The notes beneath the pieces are model-generated. The model was not told the origin of the DNA, searched no databases, and saw nothing but the letters and a program-made list of their open reading frames with translations. Below are positions 25,809 to 39,651 of a DNA stretch of 64,000 bases, piece after piece (position 1 is the stretch's first letter; each line of letters opens with the position of its first letter). A program made the translations under genes and the position numbers. This DNA is from Octopus bimaculoides (lineage: Eukaryota): assembly GCF_001194135.2 (NCBI RefSeq), contig NC_068986.1:89290306-89354305 (forward strand), given 5' to 3'.

Positions 25809-27084
25809 TTGGGTTGTCCGGAAAGTTCGTGCCGATTTATAGTAGCTTACCTTTCGACTTATTTTAGAACATGGCTGAGTCCTTAAAATAGGATTTGACT
25901 ACATCTCTATTTAGAGCACAGTTTAAGCTATCTTTTCGTGGAAGAAGGTTTATGTTCCTATAACCTGTGTTAATTCTGTAACCCTTTAAAATAGAAGATG
26001 AGAAAATTCAATTTCGGCACTTGATGCTTTCTTTTTCCGTAAAAAATGCCTCATAAACAACCAAAGAAATATGCGCAGTTTACAGTGATGTTTCTTTATC
26101 CGAAAGAACTGTGCGGAAGTGGTTCGCAAGGTTCAGAGCTGGAGATTGTAGCCTTATTGATAAAGAGCAATCAAGCAGACCATCCACTAGAGATGATGAC
26201 CAAATCAAGTCATTAATTGAGAATAACCCACATTGCACAACCCGAGAATTGGCAGAAAGCCTCAATATATCAAAATCCGTCGTTCATGAACACCTGGTAA
26301 AGCTTGGGTGCACAAATCGCTGCGATGTTTGGGTACCACATGAGTTGAGTGAGAAGAACCTTTTGGATCGCATTTCCATCAGTGATTCGCTTTATAAACG
26401 GAATGAAAACGCGCCTTTTTTAAAGCAAATTGTGACAAGTGATGAGAAATGGATTATCTACCAAAATGTTCAGAGAAAGCGATCCTGGAGTAAGCGACAT
26501 GAGCCACCCTTAGCCACCCCAAAAGCGGGTCATCACTCTAAAAAACTCTTGCTTTGTGTCTGGTGGGATTGGAAAGGAATTCTGTACTATGAGCTTCTCC
26601 CAAGTAACTAGACAATTAATTCTGAGAAATACTGCATACAACTGGACGAGTTAAAAGCAGCAATTCAAGAGAAACGTCCAGAATTAGCCACAGGAAGGGT
26701 GTTGTTTTCCAACATGATAATGCAAGACCGCACGTTTCTTTGGGAACCAGACAAAAATTGCTGCAGCTCGGCTGGGATGTGTTACCCCACCCACCGTATT
26801 CACCAGATATTGCTCCTTCGGATTTTCACTTATTCAGGTCTCTGCAGAATAGTCTTAATGGTAAAAGTTTCAATTCCTTGGATGACGTAAAAAGATACCT
26901 TGATGAATTCTTTGCCATGAAACCACCTCAATTCTGGGAAGAGGATTTTTCAAGTTAAGGGAAAGATGTAGACGCATTGTGCAACAAAATGGCTCATATT
27001 TGGTTGATTGAAAATATAATAGCATGTATTTATTGACCTTTTTCTCTCCTTTAAAAATCGGCACGAACTTTCCGGACAACCCAA
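25809..27084 (+). mobile_element. Full-length decayed mariner (DD34D) transposon, 1276 bp, in the module-6 A-B intron
   Basis: Perfect 30-bp TIRs TTGGGTTGTCCGGAAAGTTCGTGCCGATTT (25809-25838; 27055-27084) flanked by TA. Motifs WVPHEL, IVTSDEKW, QHDNARPH and YSPDIAPSD are present. The ORF is broken by a stop and frameshifts. Confidence 0.96.
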
Positions 27085-27638
27085 TATATAGGTAATATCA
27101 TGTATGAGTACATTTACACAAATGCGAACTTAGGACAATGGTTCATGAAAGATCGATATCAGTCTTTAACAATATGTTATACTTTAAAAAACCTGCAGTA
27201 ATGTCGATCGTCTTGGAAAACATGCTATTTAGAATTGTGTTATTCAGAAGAAAAGTATGATAAATAAATATTTAGTTGTATCTTTTATTCTAATACTTCA
27301 TATTTAAATTAATTTTGTAAGAATTTTCCATCTGAAATGCGCTAATATCTACTTTTTATTTAGTCTTCAAGGCTCAAATTTAGAAATCAGTTTATAAAAT
27401 ATGATTCTTCACTTGATGAGTAACCATTTTACCTACCTACGAAATATATAAATTACACACAATGACAATTTGACTTCCGTATGCAAAGCTAAATATTGTT
27501 ATATAATTAAGGCTATTACAGATTATACTCCCCAGTTGTATTTAACCTCAGAGTATCAATAATCGCTAATATTGCCAAATATAATAAAAACTCATTTTTT
27601 CTAAAATAAAAATTCTCAGATTTATTCTCATTTTCCAG

Positions 27639-27727
27639 ACGCATTGCCTACTATAGAACTTGTTCTAACGACATCAGTAAGAGGTGCGAGGATTTCTTCC
27701 AACGAAGTGGTCTTGATAAATGTCCTA
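27639..27727 (+). CDS. Module 6 exon B: RIAYYRTCSNDISKRCEDFFQRSGLDKCP
   Basis: TTCCAG/GTAAGA, 89 nt. Confidence 0.9.
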
Positions 27728-28219
27728 GTAAGATTTGTTTAATTAATTAACGCGTATTGGTAGAAACGTTATACTAACAACCTAAATTCGAAACATAATA
27801 CACTTGTCAAGTTCAATTATAATACAGACATTATAATGATATCTTCCACTTCTTATCTAGTTGAAATAACATTCCACCAAAATATAGTTTCCATGTAAGC
27901 CAACTTTTATAAATAACATATCTATTTCCACGACAGACTACATATTACATTACTACATATAACAGACACCTTAGAAGGGTTATTATAATAATTATGTCTT
28001 CCTTTCACATCTAGTTGCAGTACCTCTGTCAAGTGCCGCTCACAAGCTTTCATATAGAAAGAATACACATAATCATTAGTCCACGCAATATAGATTACAA
28101 CTGCTAATGCTTACTAAGACCTGAATTAAGTTATGTAACTTATGTTGTATCATGTAACATTTACTCCATGTATCATGTCTGATACAAACGAAGAAAACAC
28201 TAAATTTGAATATTTGCAG

Positions 28220-28310
28220 AAATCGACTCGTGTATAGAAGAGGCCAAAGATATTTGTCCCGATGCGGAGAAACTATATCCCAAGCTGCCTCAAGATACGA
28301 ATTTATGCAA
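28220..28310 (+). CDS. Module 7 exon A: KIDSCIEEAKDICPDAEKLYPKLPQDTNLCK
   Basis: TTGCAG/GTACGT, 91 nt. Confidence 0.9.
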
Positions 28311-30263
28311 GTACGTGTTTCCTTACTACTCTTACAATTATTACTACATCTAATATTTGCATGCTAATATATTCAATAATATAGTGGAACATTCAAATAT
28401 CTTAGAACAATATTTCTTACATCGGCACAAACCTAGAAATGCTTACTTGAAGTATATTAGATTAAATAGGGAGCAGAAATATGTTAGAACTAACTGCATC
28501 AATTGTAAGAATGATGCATATCGACGACAATATATTGTGAGCCGACTTTTGGAAGATCAATAAGTACGTAGGTAATTCCTAATATAGGCACAAATCGACA
28601 CATATGCAGTTAGACTAATGGTTTCTGAAAGATGCGCGTTGGTTTGGATTTTCTAGTATAATGGAATTCTTTAGAAAACCTAAAGTAATGTTTAATTGTG
28701 ATCTAAAAACAGATGACAAACGGAAAAGTTGCGCGAAAAAAGTATCAATTAAAACTTGAAACGTACAGGCCAATAGATATATTAAAAAAAGCTTAAAATT
28801 GTGGAGCTGAAATTGATTTTAACTTCAATTAAATGTAAATGAATTAAACGAATACCCCTTCTTTAGGTTCTGACTCTACCTGTAAGGAACGTATCAATAT
28901 GGAGCAGCCGTTATTTCCTCCAATTAAAAATCATATAAATTGGATTATGGAGAGAACCGAAGCACTCGAATATGAAGAGATTTTGTTCTAATATGCATAT
29001 TTTTCTTCAAAGTATATTTTAATTTTGAAACATCTTTTGTTCGATTGATATTGGAATGCAAATATAAAATCGACCTATTTTATCTCATAATGTATTTTAA
29101 GATTATATCTGTTTAAAGCTCTATTCCATTGATTTATCAAATCGCAGTATATTTTTATAACTTAATGAACGTTTCTCATCATTTGTTATTTTCGTAGATT
29201 ATTTGTAACAGGAGATGTAACGATCATATTATATATTAGTAGTAATTTCGTATAAATAAAAACATATTTGTATGAAAATTTGGGTGCCATGCTTCTCATA
29301 TATGAATTAATAAGTGTTCTCAATTTTTCTTAGTAAGGTCGTTTTGTTTTGGTTGATAATGCCTCTTTCGTTTCAGATTTATATTGATGCCCTCATAGAC
29401 TATGAAATTTTCAACGCGAAATGTAGAACAAATATCAGCCACCAAAGATTGCATTTGGAGGGCTCCAGGTACATAAATACCTGACATATACTCATATGAA
29501 AAATTATGACTTCAAATTTCTGTATATTTAAATGTTTTATGTATTGTCACCAATAATATACTTCAAAGGAGTTATCATTTCACAAAATTTGACGCACAAT
29601 GATCAGAGCAGTGTAGGGCAAATTTTCGGTATTACCATTACACACCGGCCCAATCGGGATCAAGTGTTAATACTTATCATCAACAAAACATACCTACAAT
29701 ATATCCCTCATCTGATATTTGTAATAGCTTTCCAATTCCTGAATTTTTCTCTCCAATTTCCTGAAATTGAGTCCAAAACGTTTACTCTGAAATGTAGCAC
29801 CATGCCTATAGGCCGCGAAATCAAAGTAAAAAGAAATTAAATTAAAAAATAATTACAGACAATGTTCTCGTTCACACCTTTACTAAAACGAAAGTAACGA
29901 AAAATCCATCATATAAATTATAAGCTACGCTATAAATTACACTGATATACAATTATCTGTTTAAAAAAAAAACAAAGATATAAACTTCCGATATGATTCA
30001 AATCTTTCCAACTACAGTAAGCTCACAGTTATATATTGAATTACCCTTCACACAGAACTTCAATTTAAATCATAGGAGTCAAACTAAACAAAGAAACAAA
30101 TTATTATATGTATTGTTATTTTCCTTATATTTAAAATTTCATACCCAAGTCTATATTACCAACGAAAAAGGATTTTTGAATTCATTTGAATATCCTGAAT
30201 ATCACATTTGTTAACTTTGATAAAGATAATATAATTTTGTCTTCTTCCTTTCGNNNNNNNNNN

Positions 30264-30297
<34 letters not shown>

Positions 30298-30299
30298 GG

Positions 30300-31790
30300 A
30301 CCTGCATGTGAAACCCACAGACTCAGTAACGTCTTGGATATTCTTCTGAAATCCATCCTAAAACACATATAGAGCTACATACGAGACAACCTGGACGTGC
30401 TAAATCATCTACCAAAATCGACAAATGAACATAATTTGTGTTGCCTTCGCCGTTATCAACCTATACACTAATAGACCCCGTAACTACGGAATGACGGGAA
30501 TCAAATACTGGCTAGACACACCACAAATATGAACAAACGACACGAATTGAAAATTACTTCATCACTGGTAGGCTAAAATTCATCCTCCAAAACAACTGCT
30601 TTACATTCATGGTTCAGCAGGGTCACATTGGCCTGGAACTGCAATGGGAACGAAAGTAATCCCTACGTATACCAATTTAGTCATCGGATTTTATGAACTA
30701 AGGATCTACATCCAATCTCTTCTTCTCTTTGGAGATATATTCCATCCACAATTCAAAAATAATTGGAAGAGATACCTAGATGATTGCTTTAACTTATGGG
30801 AGGAAAACCAGGATACACTCACAAGATTCAACAATATACTGAACTACATAAACAACAACAACAACCAATTTACAGTGGAATTTAACACTTAGGAACTTGC
30901 CTTCCTGGATATTTCAATCACCAACAAGGATGGGAAAACAGAAACAGAATATTCTATGAACCCATGGACTCCAAACAGCATCTTCTATTCACGTCATGCC
31001 ATCCTAAACACACCAAACTGAACATTTCGTTTAACCTGGCAAAACGAATTTGTACAATAGTGTCAAACCCTTTAAATTATGAATAAAGACTGGAAGAAAT
31101 TATAAACATACTCATCCAAAGAGCATTCCCACTACGCTTAATCACCCATGGAATAGACAGGGCGAAACATACTAATATCCAGGAACTAAGGAAAATGAAA
31201 ATCAAAACAAAGAAAAATATTTGACCATATGGGTTAACCTTCAATCTTAGAAACACTGAAATTTTTTACCTCATCCACAAAACCTCCTAATTCTACTTGA
31301 AGATGAAAGTCTGAAAACGCTTCGGGAAACATACCAAATCAACAAATGCAAAAGGCAAAACACCCAAACAAATCTCCACTTGAAAAAAAAACATGTGGGA
31401 AAATACCCAACTCAACTGTGACAATATATTGAAGAACAAATTGCGGCATCAGCTTATACCTAATGGAAAGACCAACATTCAAATTTAAAGATGGATAGAC
31501 CCTTAAAGTAAAAGGAAACTCCACCTGTAACTCCGCAAACCTAATTTACGCAATAACATGCGGTGGAATCCAACAAAACACAAAGGACAGACGGGCGTTT
31601 CATTACGCAAAAGAATAACGATACCACGCCAACAGATCCGAGAGGACAAGGAAGATTCCCCTGAGAAGTCACATTGCAAACTGCGCGGGGATGATCTTGC
31701 CCAATTTTAAAAATGCGCGAACTCTTTCACCCAACAACAGAGAATATGCAACGAAAACCAATTCATCTATAAATATAAACTACAAATATC
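30300..31790 (+). mobile_element. Penelope-like element RT and GIY-YIG remnant
   Basis: GTAMGTKVIPTYTNLVIG...WKRYLDDCF..W...FTVE..ELAFLDI; later TCNSANLIYAITC. Confidence 0.85.
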
Positions 31791-32265
31791 GAAACACCCA
31801 CCGTTAATCAAGAATTAAGAACATGTCACACACATCACAATAACACACACATACAGCATTATAACACACACACAGCCAAAACATTCCTATTAAACCAAAC
31901 ACACACCACAATAACACCCACGCACCAGAAATTTCAGAACGTTTCCCCCCAAAAAAAACACATATACCCCCCACATACACTACCAAAAAATGTTTAAATA
32001 CATACACGCGTACACACGCCAGAATATATATATATATACACCACTAAAAGCATACACACACTCTACATAAAACAAACATACACACCAAACCTTTTAACAA
32101 ATTTAAAACTATAACTAAATATCTAAACACTCACCATGAATCAACAAATAAGGATGTGCCACACACACGCTCGCACACAAACACACACACTCACACACAC
32201 ACACAAAACGTCCCCACCACGATAAGACACACACAGAATTTCTCCAAAATCAAAAACACACACAA

Positions 32266-32685
32266 AGGCGCAGGAGTGGTTGTGTGGTAAGTAGCTTGCT
32301 TACCAACTACATGGTTCCGGGTTCAGTCTCACTGCGTGGCACCTTGTGCAAGTGTCTTCTATTATAGCCTCGGGACGACCAAAGCCTTGTGAGTGGATTT
32401 GGTAGACGGAAACTGAAAGAAGCCCGTCGTATATATATGTATATATATATATATATGTATGTGTGTTTGTGTATCTGTGTTTGTCCCCCCGCCATCGCTT
32501 GACATCCGATGGTGGTGTGTTTACGTCCCCGTAACATAGCGGTTCGGCAAAAGAGACCGATAGAATAAGTACTAGGCTTACAAAGAATAAGTCCTGGGGT
32601 CGATTTGCTCGATTAAAGGCGGTGCTCCAGCACGGCCGCAGTCAAATGACTGAAACAAGTAAAAGAGTAAAAGAGTAAAAGAGTA
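32266..32685 (+). mobile_element. SINE family 2, full length
   Basis: tRNA-like A/B boxes (GTGGTAAG...GGTTCAGTC), internal TA microsatellite, AAAAGAGT tail. Confidence 0.9.
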
Positions 32686-32839
32686 TACCAACCACATTAT
32701 TTCCAAAAAGCAAAAACAACACACATACACTCACTCAGACAAAACAACACACACACACATACATGCAGCTGGTCCGAATTACTGACTGCATCCCGTCAAT
32801 AGAAATAAGAGGAAAAGTAAAATAATTTCACAGTAAAGC

Positions 32840-33026
32840 CAAAACACACACACTCACACACACACACACACACACACACATGCACTCACACACAAAAACT
32901 AAAACAAATGGCAAATAATCCCACCTTAATTCTTTGAATAACCATCTATGAAATACACTTAACCATTTTCTCTCTATAGAAAAAGTAAAAAAATAATGCT
33001 TTTGACAATTTATTCCAAACACACAC

Positions 33027-33109
<83 letters not shown>

Positions 33110-33110
33110 A
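32840..33110 (+). repeat. (CA)n microsatellites
   Basis: Direct reading. Confidence 0.95.
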
Positions 33111-33225
33111 GCTGCCGAAACTATGAATAAGAGACTTCACAATTAATTCAAATGACTTCCTGAAACTAGGAACATTAAACCCCACATGAAACCTACATAG
33201 ACAAAGCATCTATAAGAAAATGACT

Positions 33226-33475
33226 AGAGCATATGGCGTAGTGGTTAAGAACGCGGGTTATTAACCCCAAGATTCCGAGTTCGATTCCAGGTAGTGACCT
33301 GAATAATAATAATAATAATAATAATAACAACATCGAAAAAATCTTAGGAATGGGAACCCAGGTTCGAAATTTCCCCCAAGGCAGCTGATGAAGGCTGGAG
33401 GGTATATCAGCCGAAACGTTGTGTTAGCAATTAAAAAGATGAGGACAAATATCCGTCAATTGTAGATAATGTAAT
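33226..33475 (+). mobile_element. tRNA-headed SINE with (AAT)n spacer and a Penelope-like tail carrying a hammerhead-like core
   Basis: TGGCGTAGTGGTTAAG...GAGTTCGATTCC head; CTGATGA-A-GGCTG/CAGCC-GAAAC at 33385-33417. Confidence 0.75.
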
Positions 33476-34751
33476 TAAAATTTGATTTGGGTACAGACAC
33501 TCACACCCCACAATTTTTTGTTTGTTTTTTCTCTGACTCGCCAAAAGATTCTTTCTAATATTTCTAATATTTGATAAGATGGATACATAGTAACTGGTTA
33601 TAAGTATGATTTTTTATTTGAATTGGAATCAACAAGGAGTACGGTTGGACAGTTATTTTTTAATCGCTACAATTGTTTCGACGCAACGTAGTTCTCGAAG
33701 AATACAGGTTCTTGATTATGCAACTGTTTGTTTGCATAATAAGATTTAGTTGTTTCATTATCGTAAATAGAATTTAAATAAGTAAAAACATAAATTTATT
33801 GTATAGACACAAAATTCAAGACATTCATAATCAGAAAAAAAGATACTCATTTACCGCTCTCATTACCCGTCGCTCCCATGAAAGTTATCTTCAATGACAC
33901 AGAATATATTAATGATCACCATCGAATTTCACATTTTGTGGCACATTTGTTATGTCGCTGTTTTCATTATTTGATTCATTTGTCTCATTTTATTCTTTTC
34001 AAAAATTTCATGTCCGCTGTATCCTTTTCTAATATAATAGAGATAAGAATATTTAAAAACATTATTGAACATTACCCTATTCCTAAGTTGAGAACTTTTG
34101 GCATAATGAGCATAATTTTTTTTATTATTTTCTAAAATTACGCAGGTATAATTTAAACACTAATTTGAAACTCATTCTTCATTATATTCAATCACTTTGG
34201 GCCTCAAATTTTCTAATGCGTCACCACTGTCAAGGTTTACAGATTTATATTTTCTTCATTGAGATCTTTTATTTTAGTGTAATTAAAATAAAAGTATGAT
34301 AAACAAATGAAGGAAACTATACTGTTTAATATTTGCATTTATGCGTTATTCTATCTTTCTACAATTTATGCTTTTCCGTAACGTTTTTTACATAGCACAT
34401 CATATTGAAATACATTTCGATATGATGGGCTACAACCATTTTATAGGAAACAGGCCGTACCTTTATTTTATTTACTTTTTTTTGGTGCAAGATTGAATCA
34501 GTAAAAGTAGTCGCGAGAAACTAAATTCTATCAATATGAATATTATTAAATCAAATTGTCATTGTTTATAATTCACATTTTATTTATTAGAATCATTACT
34601 AAACTACGTAGACAATATTCTGGGCTTTTTCTTTTAGATATTAATTTTAAAAGAAACTTTTTTTTAATCTTGCAAACGAAATGTGCTAGTATGTTTTTAA
34701 ATTTTATCTTCACTACCAGAGAGACAAGTAACCCTGTTTTCATTGCGCGTC

Positions 34752-34786
<35 letters not shown>

Positions 34787-35590
34787 ATAAAATTAAATAG
34801 AGAGATACAATAATTTATTTATATCAGAATATAACATAACATAAACAATTATTAAAACATCAAAAAGCCAACAATTTGCTTCGACTTATACACAATTTTA
34901 TATATATATAAACAATTCCTTTATATATAAGTCTCATTAGAGCCAGAGTTTAAAGATACACAAAATTCCATGTGAAAGGACAGCTGGATTGTAAAAAAAA
35001 TTGATTCAAATGTCTATGTATTATGAACGTGAGCGTTAACTATTCAATTACTTATCAATTACAATTAAAAAAGAACAAAAAAATTTTAACGGACAAAATT
35101 ATTAAGTAAGTGTAATCTACTACTATCGAAATATATTTCTATAGATCTCAAATGATATTAATCCAAACTCTTTTGTGTCTACAAGAATCTTTTGCTTTTA
35201 TAACATACGACAATAATATATATATATATGTGTATATGGTTCAGTATCAGGGTCTTGCTTTATCTAGAACTGTAATAAAACGTGTAAAAATATATAAATG
35301 ATAATTATATCTTTAATATATAATTCTTCAATTTCTTTAAAGTTATTGATATAAAAAATATTGTTTAAAGTAACTCATAGGAATGTTCTATAATTATAGT
35401 TTCTCGGATAGACAATTCCGTAATAAATATGAAGATAAACTTATATGGCTGTAAACATTATAACCTAAATACCCCATAGATATAGAGTTCGACTAAAAGG
35501 CAGTGTTCCAGCATAGCCACAGTCAAAATAACTGAAACAAAAAAGGAATAAAAGTATATATATACTTATATATATATATACTTACATATA

Positions 35591-35657
<67 letters not shown>

Positions 35658-35800
35658 CCGAGTACTATAAACTGGTACTTAATTTGTCAATCTTAGTGAG
35701 ATTTAAGCTCTATACACTAGTAATGGAAAATCTTACCTGGTATATTGTATATTCATGATCGTATTTCTGAAATGCCTTTCCTCTCGCTATTATATCCCAG

Positions 35801-35889
35801 ACGTCTCATGCTATATATCACGTGTGCTGATGAGAAGAGATACCATTGCCAAGACCACATCGTCAAAATATATCGCGAAAAATGCAGAA
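35801..35889 (+). CDS. Module 7 exon B: RLMLYITCADEKRYHCQDHIVKIYREKCR
   Basis: CCCAG/GTAAGA, 89 nt. Confidence 0.88.
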
Positions 35890-36419
35890 GTAAGATTGTC
35901 TTTATATTATTTTATTCATGCTTCAGCCAACGTAATTTCAAGCTAAAATTTCATACTACAGTAGCCTTGATTTTACTTTGAATAATTTAGTGAACCAATT
36001 ATAAATGTTTATTGTTTTACCTTCGTCTCTTAATCCTTTATGCAGTAGTACGGGTGGTTTCGTTATATTTTGTAGACTAGACTTTGAGATGTGCACCAGA
36101 TATCGTTTGTTTTTTTTTTCTATTGCTAAACAATGCAAAAACCAGTAAAAGGTTTGACTAAATAAAAATGTGCCCAAAGTAATCAGGCGCAGGAGTGGCT
36201 GTGTGGTAAGTAGCTTGCTTACCAACTATGGATGCACATTCAGAATAATCAAGCACGCAAAAAAGTTGATGCTCAGAGATTTTGTGTATTGTTTGAGAGA
36301 TCAGGCTGTAGCAATAATAGTTTATATTCAGATATTTCTGCGAGAAATAAATTCAGCAATAACCAGACTTGTACTATGTCAGCATAGATTTCAGTGATGT
36401 CGTTCATAGATTCTTATGA

Positions 36420-36900
36420 CTCACCATAAACAGCATAGAATAGGTTGACACATTATATCCTACTGTTTTACGCTAAGGCACCACCGAGTTTCTATATTTA
36501 GACACACAGTTCAGTGGATGAAAAATTTCTTATGACCAAGGTGTACGCATATGCTGACGACATTTTAAGGACTAACTGGAAATGAAGACAAATTGATAAT
36601 TTTTGCCAACCATCTACATAGTGCTTGTATGCAGTTTCGAATGGAAATCTGCGCTGGTAAAGAACAACAAAACAGTGCAGCAGTTCGGCCAAAACACGGA
36701 TACAATCATCACTGTTCACGGATAAAAACCTCAAACCGTGTATAATCCGCAGAAATAACGAGTGCACAAACCCAACTCAAGATATATGGAGACAGAAAAA
36801 ACATCACTATGTAGAACAAGAACAGCCTTTTAATTGCATTAACAAATTTTATACTACTGGTAAGTGCATATTAAACCACGTTCGAATCTGATACTGCAAA
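36420..36900 (+). mobile_element. RTE LINE RT fragment
   Basis: YADD motif followed by CMQFRMEICAGK (compare FGMEISAEKTK). Confidence 0.5.
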
Positions 36901-38538
36901 ATAATTCTTATGTGACATTTATGGTCATTATCATTAGTGAGTTTTATGAGTTGTATGTGAATCCCAAAGTTGGTTGGCACCAGGTTTGCGGAATATGACG
37001 TCATTCATAAATCTTTCTGTTGCACCTCTGTAAATAGGATCAATATCGATAGATGGATATATGAACTCTGAATCTCAGCTACCTACAATGCATCCAGTAA
37101 TGTTGAATGTATGGCAGTAGATTCTAACGCAGCATAGGAGCTGCATTGAATGCTTTTGAAGATAACTGGGTACATTGAGATTAGTTAGTATGTGTTGAAT
37201 AAATGATATATGATAGTAATGATAGTGGTAATATCACTACAAACAAATTTCAATGAGAATTTAGACCGTTTGTAATAATTGTGGTAGTATATCATAGTAA
37301 TGATGATATCAATGTTGCTGCAAACGGATCAAGTTAAGAGTCGAACATCAGGATCAGATTTATTTTTATGATTCTTCTTAAATGCATACATTATACGAAT
37401 GGTGTTAGAATGACTGGCGTTACTGGAAAATAATTTTCGTACGAAGCTACCAAAGTATCACAAGCAATCAGTGACTCTCTCGAAGCTAAGATATTTCAGA
37501 AAGATCATGACGACATATATAAATGGGCTGGAGAAAATCACATGCAATCTAATGCAAGAAAATTACAAGGCCTTTGCTAACAGACAACTTGTTCTAACAG
37601 TCCACATCAAAAATATTTGGACCAAAAGAAGTGACAATTCCAGAGTCAAACACTGCGTGATTTGGAGATTGATATGTTGCTTCGTTTCATGTACATATCC
37701 GCAAGACGGTGACAATGCGCAGGCGAATTACCAGATGGATTCTAAGAACTTTTTGGTCAAGGGAACAAGAAACTATGCTGTTCCTATGGAGGACAACCCC
37801 TTACTGTCAAATTAATAGCGGAACTTGTGTCATTTCAGCGGTGCTACACCAAGAATATTGCATCACTGAAACAATTGAACTACTTGAAGTGATAGAAAGA
37901 ATTACCACTCTACTCTACTCTACTCACTGGAGCAATGATTGGAGAGATATACATTGATATACACACGGAAGATCCTAGAGAGGCTGACAACGAACATGGA
38001 CTCCGTGTGAATTACACTGGTCTGCGAGTAGGACGAAATTGCACTTTCCCAGAAGCACCAACCTTCTAGTGTATGGTAAGAACGAGGTGCTGTAATAGCT
38101 GGGTTTTTAAAGCTCACAATTATTTGATATCTTGCCGAAATCCCAATGAATGTACATAGAGTGGAGGTAGATGTTATCAAGAAACACCTTCATCTTCAGC
38201 TATAGAAGATCCCAGATGAGACTACATGACGGAATGAACTCAAAAGCTAGTAGCACTACCAAACGCCCCTTTTCCTCAAATGCCCTACACAAGAGAATGT
38301 CAGTTGAACAGGTGATGATTATGGTGGTTCCCCCAGCATGACTACAGCCTTTGCGGGCGCGATAATGAAAGAATAATAGAATGTGTTGCATATTCTCTAC
38401 CATGCCAATTTTGCGTCAGTTACTTTGCACCAGCAGTGTAATTTCGGTTTATATTATGGATGTTTTAATTTCTTCAACTATCTTGTTCTCTATGGTAAGA
38501 ATATTTAAGAATTAAGAATCTATGTATGTAATTTGCAG

Positions 38539-38638
38539 CACCACTGGAAGCAGCTGACTGCCAAGGAGTATACAGTTCAACTTGCTATCCTGGCATAAGA
38601 GACTACCCGGTAACATATCCAGATACGAACATCTGCCC
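38539..38638 (+). CDS. Module 8 exon A: TPLEAADCQGVYSSTCYPGIRDYPVTYPDTNICP
   Basis: TTGCAG acceptor, weak GTTCGT donor at the homologous position, 100 nt. Confidence 0.83.
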
Positions 38639-39054
38639 GTTCGTATATATGTTTGCTACTCTGTTTCTATTATTACTATATCTTATATTAAAAGTTTTAT
38701 TTGTTTACATAAATCAAAAGCCGAGTCAGGTAGTTTTGCATTTAGTTTCACTGCTCAGTACATTTGAAAATGCGCTCGTATATACACAGGAATGTGTGGT
38801 TGTATATATTTGGAAAGCATGTGCTCGTCATTTACTATTTGACAACCGCTGTAGTTTTGTTTACATCCCCGTGACTTAGCGGCTCTTGAAAGAAAGGCTA
38901 ACAGAATACCTACCAGATTTAAATGAAGTAATGTGATGCATATTTTAGTATATTACTGATGTCAGACGTAGAGTAATAAACTAAGGCAATACAGCGATAT
39001 CATTGGAATGCGGTATCTCAATAGTATACTGCATCTGCTCGGTACTAAATGTCT

Positions 39055-39245
39055 TTTTTACTACAGGCACAATGCCTGAAATTTTGGGGAAGTGGGCTAG
39101 CTGATACCATCGAACCCAGTGAGTAACTGATGCTTTATTTTATCAACCACCGAAAAGGTGAGAGGTGAAGTTGACCTCGGAGACATTTGAACTCAGAACG
39201 TAAAGATGGACCAAGTGCTGCTAAGCATTTTGCCCAGCGTGCAAT
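39055..39245 (-). mobile_element. SINE family 1 (diverged)
   Basis: Reverse-complement of the core. Confidence 0.75.
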
Positions 39246-39559
39246 CGACTTTGAATTCAACGCACGTTTAGTAGTTATTAAACTCATTTGTACACAAATG
39301 CAGGGCTAGGCAACAGATTGCCAAGTGATAACTCCTGCTCCTAGCTACGAATAATTTCGTAAATACCAGATGTATGAACGGATAGTTACACATCGCACAA
39401 TATAAATAATGATTATATTGCTAAATATTTTAAACTGGAACATCTTCACTCCGAAAATTCGAAATTGTATGTGAAATTTATGATTGTTTGTTTTTTGTTT
39501 TCTTTTGTTTCTATTTTTAATTTGGAAGTAATGTTTACTGACATATTTTCCTCATCCAG

Positions 39560-39651
39560 GCGCCTTGTCGTTTTTAAAACATGTGCTGACAAATACGCAG
39601 ACAAACATTGTTTCCAGTCCTTTCAAAACGCCTATAAAGTTTATTGCCCTG
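39560..39651 (+). CDS. Module 8 exon B: RLVVFKTCADKYADKHCFQSFQNAYKVYCP
   Basis: ATCCAG/GTAAGA, 92 nt. Confidence 0.9.

Noticed and set aside
33226-33298. tRNA-like sequence
   Set aside because: It has A/B boxes but no proper cloverleaf or acceptor stem and continues into a SINE body
37400-38400. Higher-complexity stretch with short ORFs, perhaps a decayed retroelement
   Set aside because: No motif clear enough to assign a family
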